Source: Chiloscyllium plagiosum (lineage: Eukaryota). From it: DNA of 64,000 bases. Position numbers and translations under genes: made by a program. Below the pieces are notes generated by a model. The model was not told where the DNA came from and did no database searches. It saw nothing but the letters and a program-made list of their open reading frames with translations. How positions within the stretch are numbered: position 1 is the first letter of the stretch; the number at the start of each line of letters is the position of its first letter. Positions 51,166-63,330 of the stretch are shown here, piece by piece. The stretch spans positions 78,002,904-78,066,903 of the forward strand of contig NC_057718.1 of the NCBI RefSeq assembly GCF_004010195.1. The letters run 5' to 3'.

Positions 51166-52314
51166 GATCATTCAAGGTTGTTATGAAAAAGGACCAGAAT
51201 GGACTTAAAATCCAAGTTCTAAACTGAGCGGTGGCCATACTTTAATAAGATCGGGTATGATTTGGTCAGAATGGACTGGGAGCAGATATGTAGGCAAATC
51301 TGTGTCAGAGCAGTGGGACCATTGAAGAAGTATTAGGAAGTATACAGGGCCAGTATGTTCCAATAAAGGCAGTGGGTCCATCAAATACTGTGGATGCTGA
51401 AGATCAAGGGATGTGCAAGATTGGATAAAGAGAAAAAGAGGAGACTTGGTGCAGAAATCTAAGACTCAAAATAGCAAGTGCCCTGGAGGAATAAAGCATT
51501 TGCATGGGGAAACTTGAAAAAGAAAGTTAGTGAAAAGGGTGCGTGAAAGAATAATGGCACGTAAAAAAGGAAAATCCTAAGTTTTACAAGTGCATTAAGG
51601 GTAAAAGGATACCAATAGAGAAAGTTAAGGACAACAGTGGTTATTATGCACAGTGCCAGAGGACTCAAGTAAGGTTCTAAATTAATATTTTATGATGCAG
51701 CTCACTATTGAGAGGGATGACGTGCCTCGGAAATCAGGCAAAAGGAGTATGATTTATTGAAAGAAGTTAGTAAAGACAGAAGGTTCTGTGTGGTCTGATA
51801 GGTTTAAAAGCAGAAAAATCTGCAGAGCTGGTTGAAATGTCCACGGGCTTTTGAGTTAGTTAGGAGAGGAAATAAGACATTGGCAATAATTCTTAATTCC
51901 TCTCCCGTCACAGGAAAGGTACCAGCCTCTGGAGGACATCCTGATCAGGTGTACCCTAGAATTCTGTGGGAAGCTAGGGAAGTGATTTCTGGGGCCCTTG
52001 CTGAGATATTTGTACTGTCGATAGTCACAGATGAGGTGTCAGAAGACTGGAGGTCAGCTAACGTGCCATATTTAAGAAAGGTGGTAAGGGCAAGCCAGGG
52101 AACTATAGATCGGTGAGCCTGACGTTGGTAGTGAGCAAGTTGTTGGAGGGAATCCTGAGGGACAGGATGTACATGTATTTGGAAAGCAAGGACTGACTAA
52201 GGATAGTCAACATGGCTTTGTACGTGGGAAATCATGTCTCTCAAACTTGATTGAGTTTTTTGAAGAAGTAACAAAGAGGATTGATAAGGGTAGAGCGGTA
52301 GACATGTTCTATAT

Positions 52315-52962
52315 TGCGGTCCTTCTTCAAGGACCGCAATTTCCCCCCCCTGACGTGGTCGACGATGCCCTCCACCGCATCTCTNNNNNNNNNNNNNNNN
52401 NNNNNNNNNNNNNNNNNNNNNNNNNNNNNNNNNNNNNNNNNNNNNNNNNNNNNNNNNNNNNNNNNNNNNNNNNNNNNNNNNNNNNNNNNNNNNNNNNNNN
52501 NNNNNNNNNNNNNNNNNNNNNNNNNNNNNNNNNNNNNNNNNNNNNNNNNNNNNNNNNNNNNNNNNNNNNNNNNNNNNNNNNNNNNNNNNNNNNNNNNNNN
52601 NNNNNNNNNNNNNNNNNNNNNNNNNNNNNNNNNNNNNNNNNNNNNNNNNNNNNNNNNNNNNNNNNNNNNNNNNNNNNNNNNNNNNNNNNNNNNNNNNNNN
52701 NNNNNNNNNNNNNNNNNNNNNNNNNNNNNNNNNNNNNNNNNNNNNNNNNNNNNNNNNNNNNNNNNNNNNNNNNNNNNNNNNNNNNNNNNNNNNNNNNNNN
52801 NNNNNNNNNNNNNNNNNNNNNNNNNNNNNNNNNNNNNNNNNNNNNNNNNNNNNNNNNNNNNNNNNNNNNNNNNNNNNNNNNNNNNNNNNNTGACCTGCTG
52901 CGCTTTTCCAGCAACACATTTCCATCTCTGATCTCCAGCATCTGCAGACCTCACTTTCTCCT
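52315..52962 (+). mobile_element. Penelope-like insertion with 12-bp TSD, mostly within a gap
   Basis: TSD CATGTTCTATAT at 52303-52314 and 52963-52974; RSFFKDRNFPP and pLTR end CAGCATCTGCAGACCTCACTTTCTCC shared with 30589-30709. Confidence 0.8.
52385..52890. other. Assembly gap (506 N)
   Basis: Run of N. Confidence 1.
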
Positions 52963-54232
52963 CATGTTCTATATGGACTTCAGTAAGGCATTCAACAAGG
53001 TTCCCCATGGGAGGATTGTTTATCAGACTGGAGGCCTGTGACCAGTGGAATGCCACAAGGATCGGTGCTGGGCCACTACTTTTCATCATTTAAATGCATG
53101 ATTTGGACGTGAGCGTAAGAGGTAAACTTAGTTTGCAGATGACACCAAAATTGGAGGTGTAGTGGACAACAAAGAAGGTTACCTCCGATTACAACAGGAT
53201 CTTGATCAGATGGGCCAATGGGCTGAGGAGTGGCAATGGAGTTTAATTTAGGTAAATGAGGTGCTGCATTTTGGGAAAGCAAATCATAGCAGGACTTATA
53301 CACTTAATGGTAAGGTCCTGGGGAGCGTTGCTGAACAGAGACCTTGGAGCACAGGTTCATAGCTCCTCGAACGTAGAGTTGCAGGTAGATGGGATAGTGA
53401 AGAAGGCATTTCGTATGTTTTCCTTTACTGATCAGAGTATTGAGTACAGGGTTTGGGAGGTCATGTTGCAGCTGTACAGGACATTGGTTAGGCCACTGTT
53501 GGAATATTGTATGCAGTTTTGGTCTCCTTCCTATCGGAAGGATATTGTGAAACATGAAAGGGTTCAGAAAAGATTTACAAGTATATTGCCAGGGTTGGAG
53601 GATTTGAGCTATAGGCAGAGGTTGAATATGCTGAGGCTGTTTTCCCTGGAGTGTTGGAGGCTAAGGGATGACCTTACAGAGGTTTATAAAATCATGAGCA
53701 GCATGGATAGGGTAATTAGACAAGGGTCTTTTCCCTGGGGTGGGGGAGTGCCGACTAGAGGGCATAGCTTTAGGGTGAGGGGGGAAAGATGTAAAAGAGA
53801 CCTAAGGAGCAACTTTTTCATGCAGAGGGTAGTGCATGTGTGGAATGAGCTGCCAGAAGTAGTGATGGAGACGAGTACCATTGCACCATTTAAAAGGCAT
53901 CTGGACGGGTATATGAATAGGAAGGGTTTGGAGGGATATGGGCCGGGTGCTGGCAGGTAGGACTAGATTGGATTGGATTATCTGTCGGCATCGAAGGGTC
54001 TGTTTCCGTGCTGTACCTCCCTATGACTATAGACTCTGAGCCAAAAAGCTTTTTTGATGCTGTGTACCTCTATAACTATGTCTATGACCTGTGACCTTTT
54101 TATCATAAAGGGCCAATATAGTAGAAATGAGTTGTTTGTAACATCACTGGAACAGTTACCATGCTACTTTTCTCCAGTTTATGAACATAAATTTTACCGA
54201 AAAGTAATAAAAGTTTAAAATATATTTTATTA

Positions 54233-54940
54233 GTCATAGAGATGTACAGCACAGAAACAGACCCTTCAGTCCAAATTGTCCAGACTGACCAGATATGCTA
54301 ACATCATCTAGTCCCATTTGCCAGCACTTAGTCCATATCCCTCTCAACTCTTTCTATTCATATACCCATCCAGATGCCTTTTAAACGTTGTAATTATACT
54401 AGCTTCTACCACTTCCTCTGGCAGCTCATTCCAATACACGCACCACCCTCTGCGTGAAAAAAGTTGTCCCTTGGGTCCCTTTTAAATTCTTCCCCTCTCA
54501 CCCTAAACCTTCGCCCTCTAATTCTGGACTCCCCCTCCCCAGGAAAACAAATCTTGTCTATTTACCCTATCCATGTCCCTCATGATTTTATAAACCTCTA
54601 TAAGGTCATCCCTCATCCTCTAATGCTCTAGGGAAAATAGGCCCAGCCTATTCAACCTCTCCCTGTGGCTCAAATCCTCCAACCCTGGCAACATTCCTGT
54701 AAATCTTTTCTGAACCCTTTCAAGTTTCAAACATTCTTCCAAGAGGAGGGAGACCAGAATTGCACATACTATTTCAAAAGTGGCCTAACCAATGTCCTAT
54801 ATTGCTGCAACATGACCTCCCAACTCCTGTGCTCAGTGCTCTGCCCAATAAAGGAAAGCATGCCAAATGTTGCCTTCACTATCCTATCTACCTGCGAATC
54901 CACTTTCAAGGAACTATAAACCTGCACTCCAAGGTCTCTG
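54233..54940 (-). mobile_element. CR1 LINE 3' fragment
   Basis: Reverse complement of the CR1 3' region at about 53340-54035. Confidence 0.88.
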
Positions 54941-55038
54941 TTATGGCTATTGAAAGTTCTTAAGCTAGTCCCATAGTTTTAGTGAGAAACTGAAGCTGTT
55001 ATTCTGCAAAAATCTAAGCTTATTTTTTACTATTATAG

Positions 55039-55182
55039 GCAACCACATTATTAACGATGGATAAGTATTTGGCAGAAGACATTTCAAATATCAACAATAC
55101 TTGTTTTAAATTGAATTCATTGCAATTGCAAGCGCTACTTCAAAGCTACCACTGTGCACAGGATGAGCCCTATATCCCTCAG
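55039..55182 (+). CDS. AFDN: Afadin exon (DIL C-terminal part), 144 nt, phase 0-0
   Basis: tag|ATTLLTMDKYLAEDISNINNTCFKLNSLQLQALLQSYHCAQDEPYIPQ|gtattt. Confidence 0.96.
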
Positions 55183-55789
55183 GTATTTAAATTACTGAGC
55201 AACAATGATTTTAAGGTTTTAATTTAAGTAATAATAGAATTGTCACATTGGCATGCTTTTTAGAGTTAAAGCATTTAGCCAAGCATGAGTGTTTTTTGGG
55301 GAGGGAGGTATTTTCCTCTACTGGGAAGCCCAAATGGGGATCCTTCACGAGGAGCAAATTTTAATAAGCTGCAGAATCATGATCAAAACTACCAGTTGTA
55401 TGCATTTGATCGACAGTATTTATGTGATATATTTTTGGTTCAATTAAAAGTGAAAATGTTTTTTTGAGAAAGCATGTAAACTGTTTATAGAGATATTTGA
55501 TAACTACTGGTAGTTAAGAACTTTAACTGATATTTTGAAGCTGTCATTTATTTGAAGTGAAAGTAAATATTAAACGAATCAGAGTACCTTGATTCAATTC
55601 AGAGTTGCTCCACAAGTTTGGGATTTACCATGGCAAAATCATGATTTCATTTTTAAACTTAGGAGCCTGTTCCCCCTCCTCCCAACAGTGACAGCTTCAA
55701 AAATATTTTAGCTGTATGCGTGTTGGGCCTATGGTAGCCAAAGGAGGGAGCACTGGGTTGGTGAGGCATGTGGTGGGGGAGGAGAAGTG

Positions 55790-56085
55790 CTCCTCCCTCT
55801 TCCATCCCATTGGCCTGTCTCCCTCTTCTCCCCCTCCCTCACCTCCTGCTATCTGCTCTTCTCCATACACCACCCTCCCTCTATCATCTCCCTCCCTCAT
55901 TCCCTTACTGTGTCCACCACCCTGCTTTCCCACTTCTCTCTGTTCCCGCCACTACCACTGGCTCTCCCATCGACTCTCCCTGTTGCCCCCCCACGCCATT
56001 GCCTGCCCTCTTCTCCCCCCATCATGCTTTGCCTTTCCCCCTCGCCCTGCCCCCTCACCCTTGCCCTCTTTTTTGTTTTCCCCTG
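55790..56085 (+). repeat. C/T-rich low-complexity tract
   Basis: About 300 nt strongly pyrimidine-biased on the + strand. Confidence 0.7.
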
Positions 56086-56088
56086 TAG

Positions 56089-56109
56089 GTATCTATATTA
56101 TGGCTTCAG
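56089..56109 (+). CDS. AFDN: Candidate novel 21-nt microexon (VSILWLQ), phase 0-0
   Basis: ttttttgttttcccctgtag|GTATCTATATTATGGCTTCAG|gtaatg; frame-preserving; no homology support. Confidence 0.3.
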
Positions 56110-56475
56110 GTAATGTAAACCAGATCTGCCTATTAGTGTCTCAAGCTGAAGCATGTGGTTCAAGCTGAAATGCAGAACCACCTCAATAATCCAGACGAGA
56201 CGAGCAAGGAGTATTTCTCAGGTAACTGAGAGTTTGGGTAACAGATTGTTCGGATAACAGCACTTTTACGGGACCTTGAGATCTTGTTCGAGGTTGTTCT
56301 GTACATGGTATCATTTTCTGAAATGGTTGTTTAAAATTTTAATAGATTATGTAACCCACACTGTCAGTTGCTTAGCCAATCTGTATCTTTATAATGTGAT
56401 GCAACATAGCTCTTGTTCCTTCCTTCTATTTTTATGTATGTATATTGACCAGAAATTGTTGGGGTTTGTTTTAAG

Positions 56476-56674
56476 GAATTAATTGAAAATGTAGTGGCAT
56501 TAGCAGAGAACACAGCTGATGAACTTGCACGGAGTGATGGTAGAGAGGTGCAATTGGAAGAGGACCCTGACCTACAGCTACCTTTTCTACTACCTGAAGA
56601 TGGCTATTCCTGTGATGTTGTTCGGAATATTCCTAATGGCCTTCAGGAATTCTTAGAACCACTTTGTCAGAGAG
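56476..56674 (+). CDS. AFDN: Afadin exon, 199 nt, phase 0-1
   Basis: aag|ELIENVVALAENTADELARSDGREVQLEEDPDLQLPFLLPEDGYSCDVVRNIPNGLQEFLEPLCQR|gtaggt. Confidence 0.96.
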
Positions 56675-57139
56675 GTAGGTTTTTTTAATTCCTTTGCCTT
56701 GCTCTCAGTATTAGAAAACATCAGAATTGTTTTTGCATTATTCTAACTTTTCACCAAATCTGCAGTAATCTTTATTTGTGCTTTTAAGCAGATTTGCAAC
56801 CAGATTGGTTCTCCATATTTTATATCAAGAATTATCTTGGTTTATGTGAATCTTTTCAATTGAATTTACATCCTATGGGTCAGCAACTCCCAGATTCTAT
56901 ATCATGTCTTTGAGTTTCTTGGTACACTGCTAGAGCTTGTTGAATTAGAAACAGGGCAATTGGCCAAGGCTGATTGCTGTCCAACTGGAGGTGCCTGTGG
57001 CATTATGCAACAGTGATATGAGACAAAACTGAGATATTTAGTATCTACCCACTTGATAAAGCTTGGAATATCAGGTGATTATTTATTTTTGAGTGAAGTG
57101 AAAGTACAATATAGTTTAAATGTTGCTAGAAGGAGACAT

Positions 57140-57830
57140 AAAGGACAAAATGTTTCATCTTGCACTCATCAGGACTGGGACACTAGAAACTAGACTACCA
57201 ATTTATATAGAATGAGAAGAATGTGCTAATTAGTTGGGTATTGCTCACATAGAGGTGCTACAGGAACTAATATCCGTCAGGTCTCAAACTAGACGGATAG
57301 AATCCATGGGGAAAGCTGCAGAGATTGATAGTCTTCATGACCTCTTTCCTGCTGAAAACATTTTGATGTGTCTACATGAAAGTGTTCTATTTGTTAATAA
57401 AAGTAAAGTACTGTGGCTGCTGGAGATGTGAAATACAAACAGAAAGTGCTGGAGAAACTCAGCAGGTCTGTCAGCATTTGTGAAAAGAGAAGCAGTTAAC
57501 GTTTTGAGTCCAGTATGACTTTTTTGAAGTAGTGGTTTGAGTTAGTACTTGTGGTTTCTAACATTCATTACTCTGTAACCCCGACTGATTAATAGGACCA
57601 TTCATAGTGGGCAGCATTCTGATTGTGCGCATCCAGCCAGTACTTGCAAGCTTCAGTACCATGCCTGATGTTAGTTGTAATCGTGCTATTGGCCAGCATT
57701 TACTCAATAATCCATACGGTGCTAAGAATTGCGCTGGAAACTAGGTTAAGTTGATAATTTGTAACTTTATAGGTCTGGTTGGTCAGAAACGGTACATGCT
57801 GATTTATAGCCCCACCACAGCTTTGTGCTA
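57140..57830. mobile_element. Cluster of decayed Penelope-like fragments
   Basis: pLTR-like 57405-57530; AIGQHLLNNP remnant near 57685-57715; minus strand CTGATGA...GAAAC at 57152-57172. Confidence 0.5.
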
Positions 57831-58369
57831 TTCCCATAGTTGCATTGAGATTTTCAGTCACTGGGAGTTGATGCAAGTCTAGTTATAACCTGCTGAAATC
57901 TGTCAAATTTGCCTTGATCTATATTACAGACTTTTAGTTAATTTCATGGCAAAATGTGAGATTTGATTGAATGGCAGAATAGGTTTGTGGTGTTGAACAA
58001 CTCACTACTCATTCTATTATGAGTGGTATCTCTCTCTACATCAGGCTTTTGTAAAAATAATTCTTAAAAGCTCATTAGAGGAATTAAATGGTTTTGGTCG
58101 CCTCTTCTGAAGATGCCTTCTGAAGATGACAGGTATCAGAAGATGCAGCAAAAGATTTCGATCCGCTTCATAGAGTAAAAAGTCTTAAAGTAACATGTTA
58201 TATTTAATAAACATGAAATGAAGTGATTATTACCATTTTTCCAAACATTAAGCAATCATCTGGAAACTTGTCTCTTTCTAATTAGTGCCTTTCCCTTTCC
58301 CCAAACTTACTGTATTTATGAAAAAATACTACTATCTGCCGTATTGTTTAAATCTGTTCTATCCTGTAG

Positions 58370-58470
58370 GTTTTTGTAGACTAACCAGTCATTCACGATC
58401 ACCTGGTACATGGACAGTTTATTTTGAGAGTGCTGACTATGAAAGTAATTTTCCACTTGATACTGAGTTG
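58370..58470 (+). CDS. AFDN: Afadin exon, 101 nt, phase 1-0
   Basis: tag|(G)FCRLTSHSRSPGTWTVYFESADYESNFPLDTEL|gtaagt. Confidence 0.95.
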
Positions 58471-59039
58471 GTAAGTTGGTAATTTAGAATGTATATGCAT
58501 TTATTCCCTCCCTCATTGTTTAAAACAAAGTTCAATACTATCTGGAACAAATGTATTTACATTGCGTTTGTATGGTGTGTGAGCATTGCTTAATTTGTCA
58601 ATGATTAGTTGACTTTAATGACATAAAGGCTACAAGCTTTCATGAAGGTAAATGTTGATAGGTAGGACATGGAGTGATTAAAGAGAGCTGAATTGACCAG
58701 GTTTGATTTTGCTAATGCACTTACCATGAATCATTAGTAGCATTACTTCTGAATATTCAAAGCATATTCAAGATTATTGGATAATAGATTTTCTAAAGCA
58801 GAAAGAAATGCCACCTTTATCTAAATGCTTCTCTCTGACAAGATTCTTCATTATTTACTCTGATTTTCATTCTTGGTTTCTTTCAGTTACTGGGAATGGA
58901 TGGCGGTTTTGTTCTGGTGATCATTCATAGTGTCTGAAAGTAAACCATTTATGTCAGTTTTCCATTTTTAAGACAGGTTTATTTTTATTAGAAACAACTG
59001 GAAAATTTCTCAATCCTTTCAAAGAATTTCTCATCTTCT

Positions 59040-59348
59040 ACAGTGGCTCAGTAGTTAGCACTGCTGCCTCTCAGCGCCAGGGACTCAGGTTTGATTCCAG
59101 CCTCGAGCGAGTGTCTGTGTGGAGTTTGCACATTCTCCCCATGTATGGGTTTCCTCCCACAACACAAAGATGTGCAGGTTAGATGAATTGACCATGCTAA
59201 ATTGCCTGTAGTGTTTAGGGATGTGTAAGTTAGGGCATTAGTCTGGGGTAAATATAGGACGGGGGGAATGAGTCTGGGTGGGTTAACCTTCAGGTCGTGT
59301 AGACTTGGTCGGCTGAATGGCCTGTTTCCACACTGGTGTGATTCTATG
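59040..59348 (+). mobile_element. HE1/V-SINE-like SINE
   Basis: TGGCTCAGTAG A box, GGTTTGATTCC B box, V core, ATTCTATG tail. Confidence 0.85.
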
Positions 59349-59447
59349 CATCTTCTATCATGTCACCTCGTTACCTCGTTATTGATTGCATGTGAATATA
59401 TGGTACGGGTATAAATTTTTAAGTGTTGTTTCCTTTTTTGTCTCCAG

Positions 59448-59525
59448 GCTTCAGTTCATGAAGCAGATTTTGAATTTGACTTTAGTACCCCAGACATTTA
59501 TAGTGTCCTGGCTTCTGAATTTTAA
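59448..59525 (+). CDS. AFDN: Candidate alternative terminal exon (ASVHEADFEFDFSTPDIYSVLASEF*)
   Basis: tttccttttttgtctccag| acceptor, 25 open codons in phase 0, TAATAA, AATAAA at 59524, 59686 and 59699. Confidence 0.4.
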   Translation, partial: ASVHEADFEFDFSTPDIYSVLASEF

Positions 59526-59807
59526 TAAATGTGTCTAAGTATCTTATTTAGCTTAATATGCACATCTTTTTAATATATTATGTATCATATTCTCTTTTAG
59601 TATTTTAACTTTATTATACCATTTTCTTGCATGTAACCTACTGGCAATGCTGTCTTACCTGATGTTTATTAGTTGTCAGAGCCACAATAAAAAGGTTCAA
59701 TAAAACTTTGGCATTTTTTAATGGTTAGTGTAGCTGCTTTTCAATTCAGCTGATCAGCTTTTTAAAAATTGAGGGAATGAATCATAACCTAGCTGTGAGC
59801 TTGTAAG

Positions 59808-60885
59808 GCAGTAAGACACAGGAGCAGAAATTAAGCCATTAGGTCCATCAAGTCTGCTCCAACATTCCATCGTGGCTGATAAGCTTACAGTCCCATTCTC
59901 CTGCTTTCTCCCCTTAATAATCAAGAGGCTATCTATCTCTGTTTGAAATATATTCAATGACCCTGGCCCTCTGGCTGAATAAGTTTCTCCTCATCTCCAT
60001 TCTAAAGGGTTTTCCCTTTACTCTAAAAGGCTGTGCCCTCTGGTCTTAGACTCTCCTGCTAATGGAAACATTTTCGCAATGTCCACTCTGTCCAGACCAT
60101 TCAGTATTAATTAGATCCCCCTCTCATCTTACTAAACTCCATCGAGTGTAGACCCAGAGTCCCTCAAATGTTTCTCATATTCAACCTTTCATTCCTGGGA
60201 TTATTCTTGTCAACCTGCTCTGAACACACTCGAGGGCCAGTGAATCCTTCCTGAGGTGTAGGACCCAAAATTGCTCACAATATTGTAAATATGGTCTGAC
60301 CAGAGCCTTTTAAAGCCTCAGAAGTACATTCCTGCTTTTATATTCTAGTTCTTTTTGAAATAAATGCCATCATGTATTTGCCTTCCTAACTACCGACTCA
60401 ACCTGCAAGTTTACCTTTAAGACAATCCTGAACTAGGACTGCTAAATCCCTTTACAATTTAGATCTCTAAATTTTCTCCCATTTAGAAAACAGTCTATGC
60501 CTCTAATCTTACTACCAAAGTACATGGTCTCTCACTTTACCACATTGTATATCATCTGCCACTTCTTTGCCCACTCTCCTAACTTGTCTAAACCTTCTGC
60601 AGCCTCCCTACTACCTTTCCCTCCACCTACCTTTTGCATTATCTGCAAACTTAGCCAAGTGCCCTCAGTTCCTTCATCTAGATAATTAATGTATAAAGTG
60701 AAAAGCTGTAGTCCCAACATTACCCTTGTGCAACACCACTAATCATCGGCTGCTGTTCTGAGACAGACCCTTTTATCCCCACTCTCTGCTTTCTGCCAGA
60801 CAGCCAATCTTCTATCTATGCCTGTACCTTGCCTCTAACACCATGGGCTCTTATCTTACTCAGCAACCTCCTGTGTGGCACCAGT
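59808..60885 (-). mobile_element. CR1-like LINE RT/3' fragment
   Basis: LGLQLFTLYINYLDEG...LDKLGEWAKKWQMIYNVVK. Confidence 0.85.
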
Positions 60886-61299
60886 TGTTCAGGTGTTATT
60901 ACTGGTCCCAAAGCTGAAAGCAAAAGGGGAGCAATTTTGCAGCCAACAAATAACTGCAGAATCTAGCGATGATTAACCATTTCAATGACATTTGAGTACG
61001 AATTTAATGAGTGAAATTCCAAGTTAGGTAAATGGTTGTTTATTGAGTTGCCAAATTTTTTTTTAAAAACTGAGTTGATAATTTAAAGTACTTTAAATTA
61101 GAAAAGTAATATAAGGAAAATTAGTGCAATTTCATTTTGTCATTAAGAAACAGAATGTACTTCATATTCTCTTTTCACTCCTGTTGTTGATATTGTTGAG
61201 TTTTGGATCAGGTATTCTAACTGCTGAATTCAAACTGTTGGGCGGTCTCTTCATGTCCTGGGTTTGTATTTTTCACCACATTGTTCTTTTTCTGTTAAG

Positions 61300-61386
61300 G
61301 CTGAGCCTAATCGTAAAGAACCAGAGATAATTACTGTGACACTGAAAAAGCAAAATGGAATGGGCCTAAGCATTGTAGCTGCTAAG
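61300..61386 (+). CDS. AFDN: Afadin exon (start of PDZ domain), 87 nt, phase 0-0
   Basis: aag|AEPNRKEPEIITVTLKKQNGMGLSIVAAK|gtaaga; GMGL carboxylate-binding loop. Confidence 0.96.
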
Positions 61387-62099
61387 GTAAGATAATGTTT
61401 GCATTTAAGTCCTGTGGGTAATGCTATGACCAAAGTAAAAGAGGAACCTTCAGAATTTGTGGACAGAATTAAAAGTAGTTCTGATCATTTAAGGTGGAGA
61501 TGACATTTTTTTTTCTCTGATCGTCATGTCTTTGGAATGTTCAGAGAGTGGATCCAAAGCCATTGAATATTTTGAATGCAAAGCTAGAAAAATACTTGGC
61601 TAACAAAAATATTAAAGGTTATTAAAAAATAGATCAGATTCTGGAAATGAGGCCACAATTAAATCCACCGTGATATTATTAAATGATGAAGCAGGATTGA
61701 GGGGCACAATTGTCTGTTACCCCTAATTCATACATTATTTCAACTGTCAGAGTAAATAGCGAAATGTAGGATGGTATATGCCAAAGCAGAGGTGGAAATG
61801 TATTGGCCTATTCATATCTTCCAAAATACAACTTCCCTGTCATTCTTATCTGTCACTATTTTTAAGTTGCATGAGAAGTAAAGTTAAATGACACTCTTTA
61901 TCGGAATTGAGCACTGCTGTTTTTGATGTACCAACTTTTAACTACTTAGAATAGATGTTTTAACTTTAAAAAGTTCTGTATGTGTGCTGTTAGTGGTCAG
62001 TCGCTCAGTATTGTTGCTAAGATTTGTGTTCCATAAAAGAAATTCACAAAGTCATGAAAGATTAAGAAAAATCAATGTGAAACGTGTGTAATTGTCCAT

Positions 62100-63330
62100 T
62101 CTGGGAAGAAAAAAAAGAAAGCCAATAAATTGTATGAAGTTGCATCGTTTTAGGATAGAGACATCCAGGTTTTTTAGAGATGAATCGCTGAAGATTTGTG
62201 TGCTGTACTTGCAGGTGCAGCAAGGAATCACAAAAACTAAAAATGTGTTTTCATTGCAATTGGAAATGAATGCAAGAGTAAGGAGATTATACTTCAGTTA
62301 TACAGAGCATTGATGAAACTGCATCTAGAGTACAGGTGAACTAACCATAGACCTACTGGACCATAGGACTACTGTCTCATCAAAGAGAGATGACTAGTGG
62401 TGGTTTAACCTGAGGGTCAACAGGCCTCAGGTGATGGGAGAGTTTGAAAAGAAGTATCCTGCATGATAACTTCAGCCAGTGTGAGAATTGAGCTCATGCT
62501 GTTAGAATCACTCTAAGCTAAAGAACCAGCATCTATATACAGTCCTAGTCTTCTGGAAGGATGTTGATATAGTAGAAGCAGCCTGGAGAAGGTTTAGAGG
62601 ATAGGTCTGTATCCTCTGGAGTTTAGAAGAGTCACCGATGACTTAAAACATAAAAGGGGGAATTAATCGGGTGCATAGAGAAAGGATGTTTCCTCCAGTG
62701 AAGGAATCTAGAACTAGGCGTCATAGTTTAAAAATGAGGATTGCCCGTTTAAAACCAGTGAAGAAACTATTTTTCTGAGGGTTTAGAGTACTTAGATTTC
62801 CCTTCCTCAAAAGACAGTGGTTGCAGAATTGTTAAGAGTTTTCAGGATGTAGAGTAAAAGTTAAATTCAGATCGATCATGATTTTATTGAATGTTGGCAC
62901 GGGCTCAAAGGGTCATGGCATGTTTTGGTTCTTTGTTCATACAGAGTATTACTTGTGACCTCTAGCTTTTTAAATAAACATCCATGGGAAAAGCTCTGGG
63001 TGACAATTTATGTTGGTTAGAGAAACTGAAAATCATTATTTATGGGATGCAGGTGCTGTTGGCTAGGACGGCATTTATTGCCCATTTTTAATTGAGCAAG
63101 AGCAAATCAGAGTCCACCACATAGCTGTTGGTCTAGAGTCACATGTAGGCCAGGTGGCAGGTTTTCTTTCCTAAATAGCATTAGTGAACCAGCTGGGTTT
63201 TTCCAACAATTGATAATGGCCATCGTTAGACTCTTAATTCCAGATTTGTGATTAATTCCAATTCTGTCGCTTGCCATGGTGAAATTTGAGCCCCGGTCTC
63301 CAGAGTATTACCTGGGTCTCTGGATTAATT
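62100..63330. mobile_element. Old CR1 3' fragment (+) with nested and adjacent SINE fragments (-)
   Basis: LYFSY..ALMKLHLEY-type remnant and CR1 tail; 63040-63330 resembles 19730-20060. Confidence 0.55.

Larger units (their letters stand above)
51935..54035 (+). mobile_element. CR1 LINE RT to 3' end, interrupted by a Penelope-like insertion
   Basis: YPRILWEAREVISGALAEIF; IEFFEEVTKRIDKGRAVDMFY|MDFSKAFNKVPHGR; 234-aa ORF 53256-53960. Confidence 0.92.

Noticed and set aside
52197..53089. Long ORFs of 200-280 aa (and similar ORFs at 28914-29339)
   Set aside because: Artefacts of translating through N runs
55697..56168. Pro/Ser/Leu-rich ORFs of 78-150 aa
   Set aside because: Produced by the C/T-rich low-complexity tract
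57143..57176. Minus-strand CTGATGA-GTGCAAGAT-GAAACA-TTT-TGTC hammerhead-like core
   Set aside because: No helix I pairing and minimal helix II; treated as a decayed relic, not a functional ribozyme
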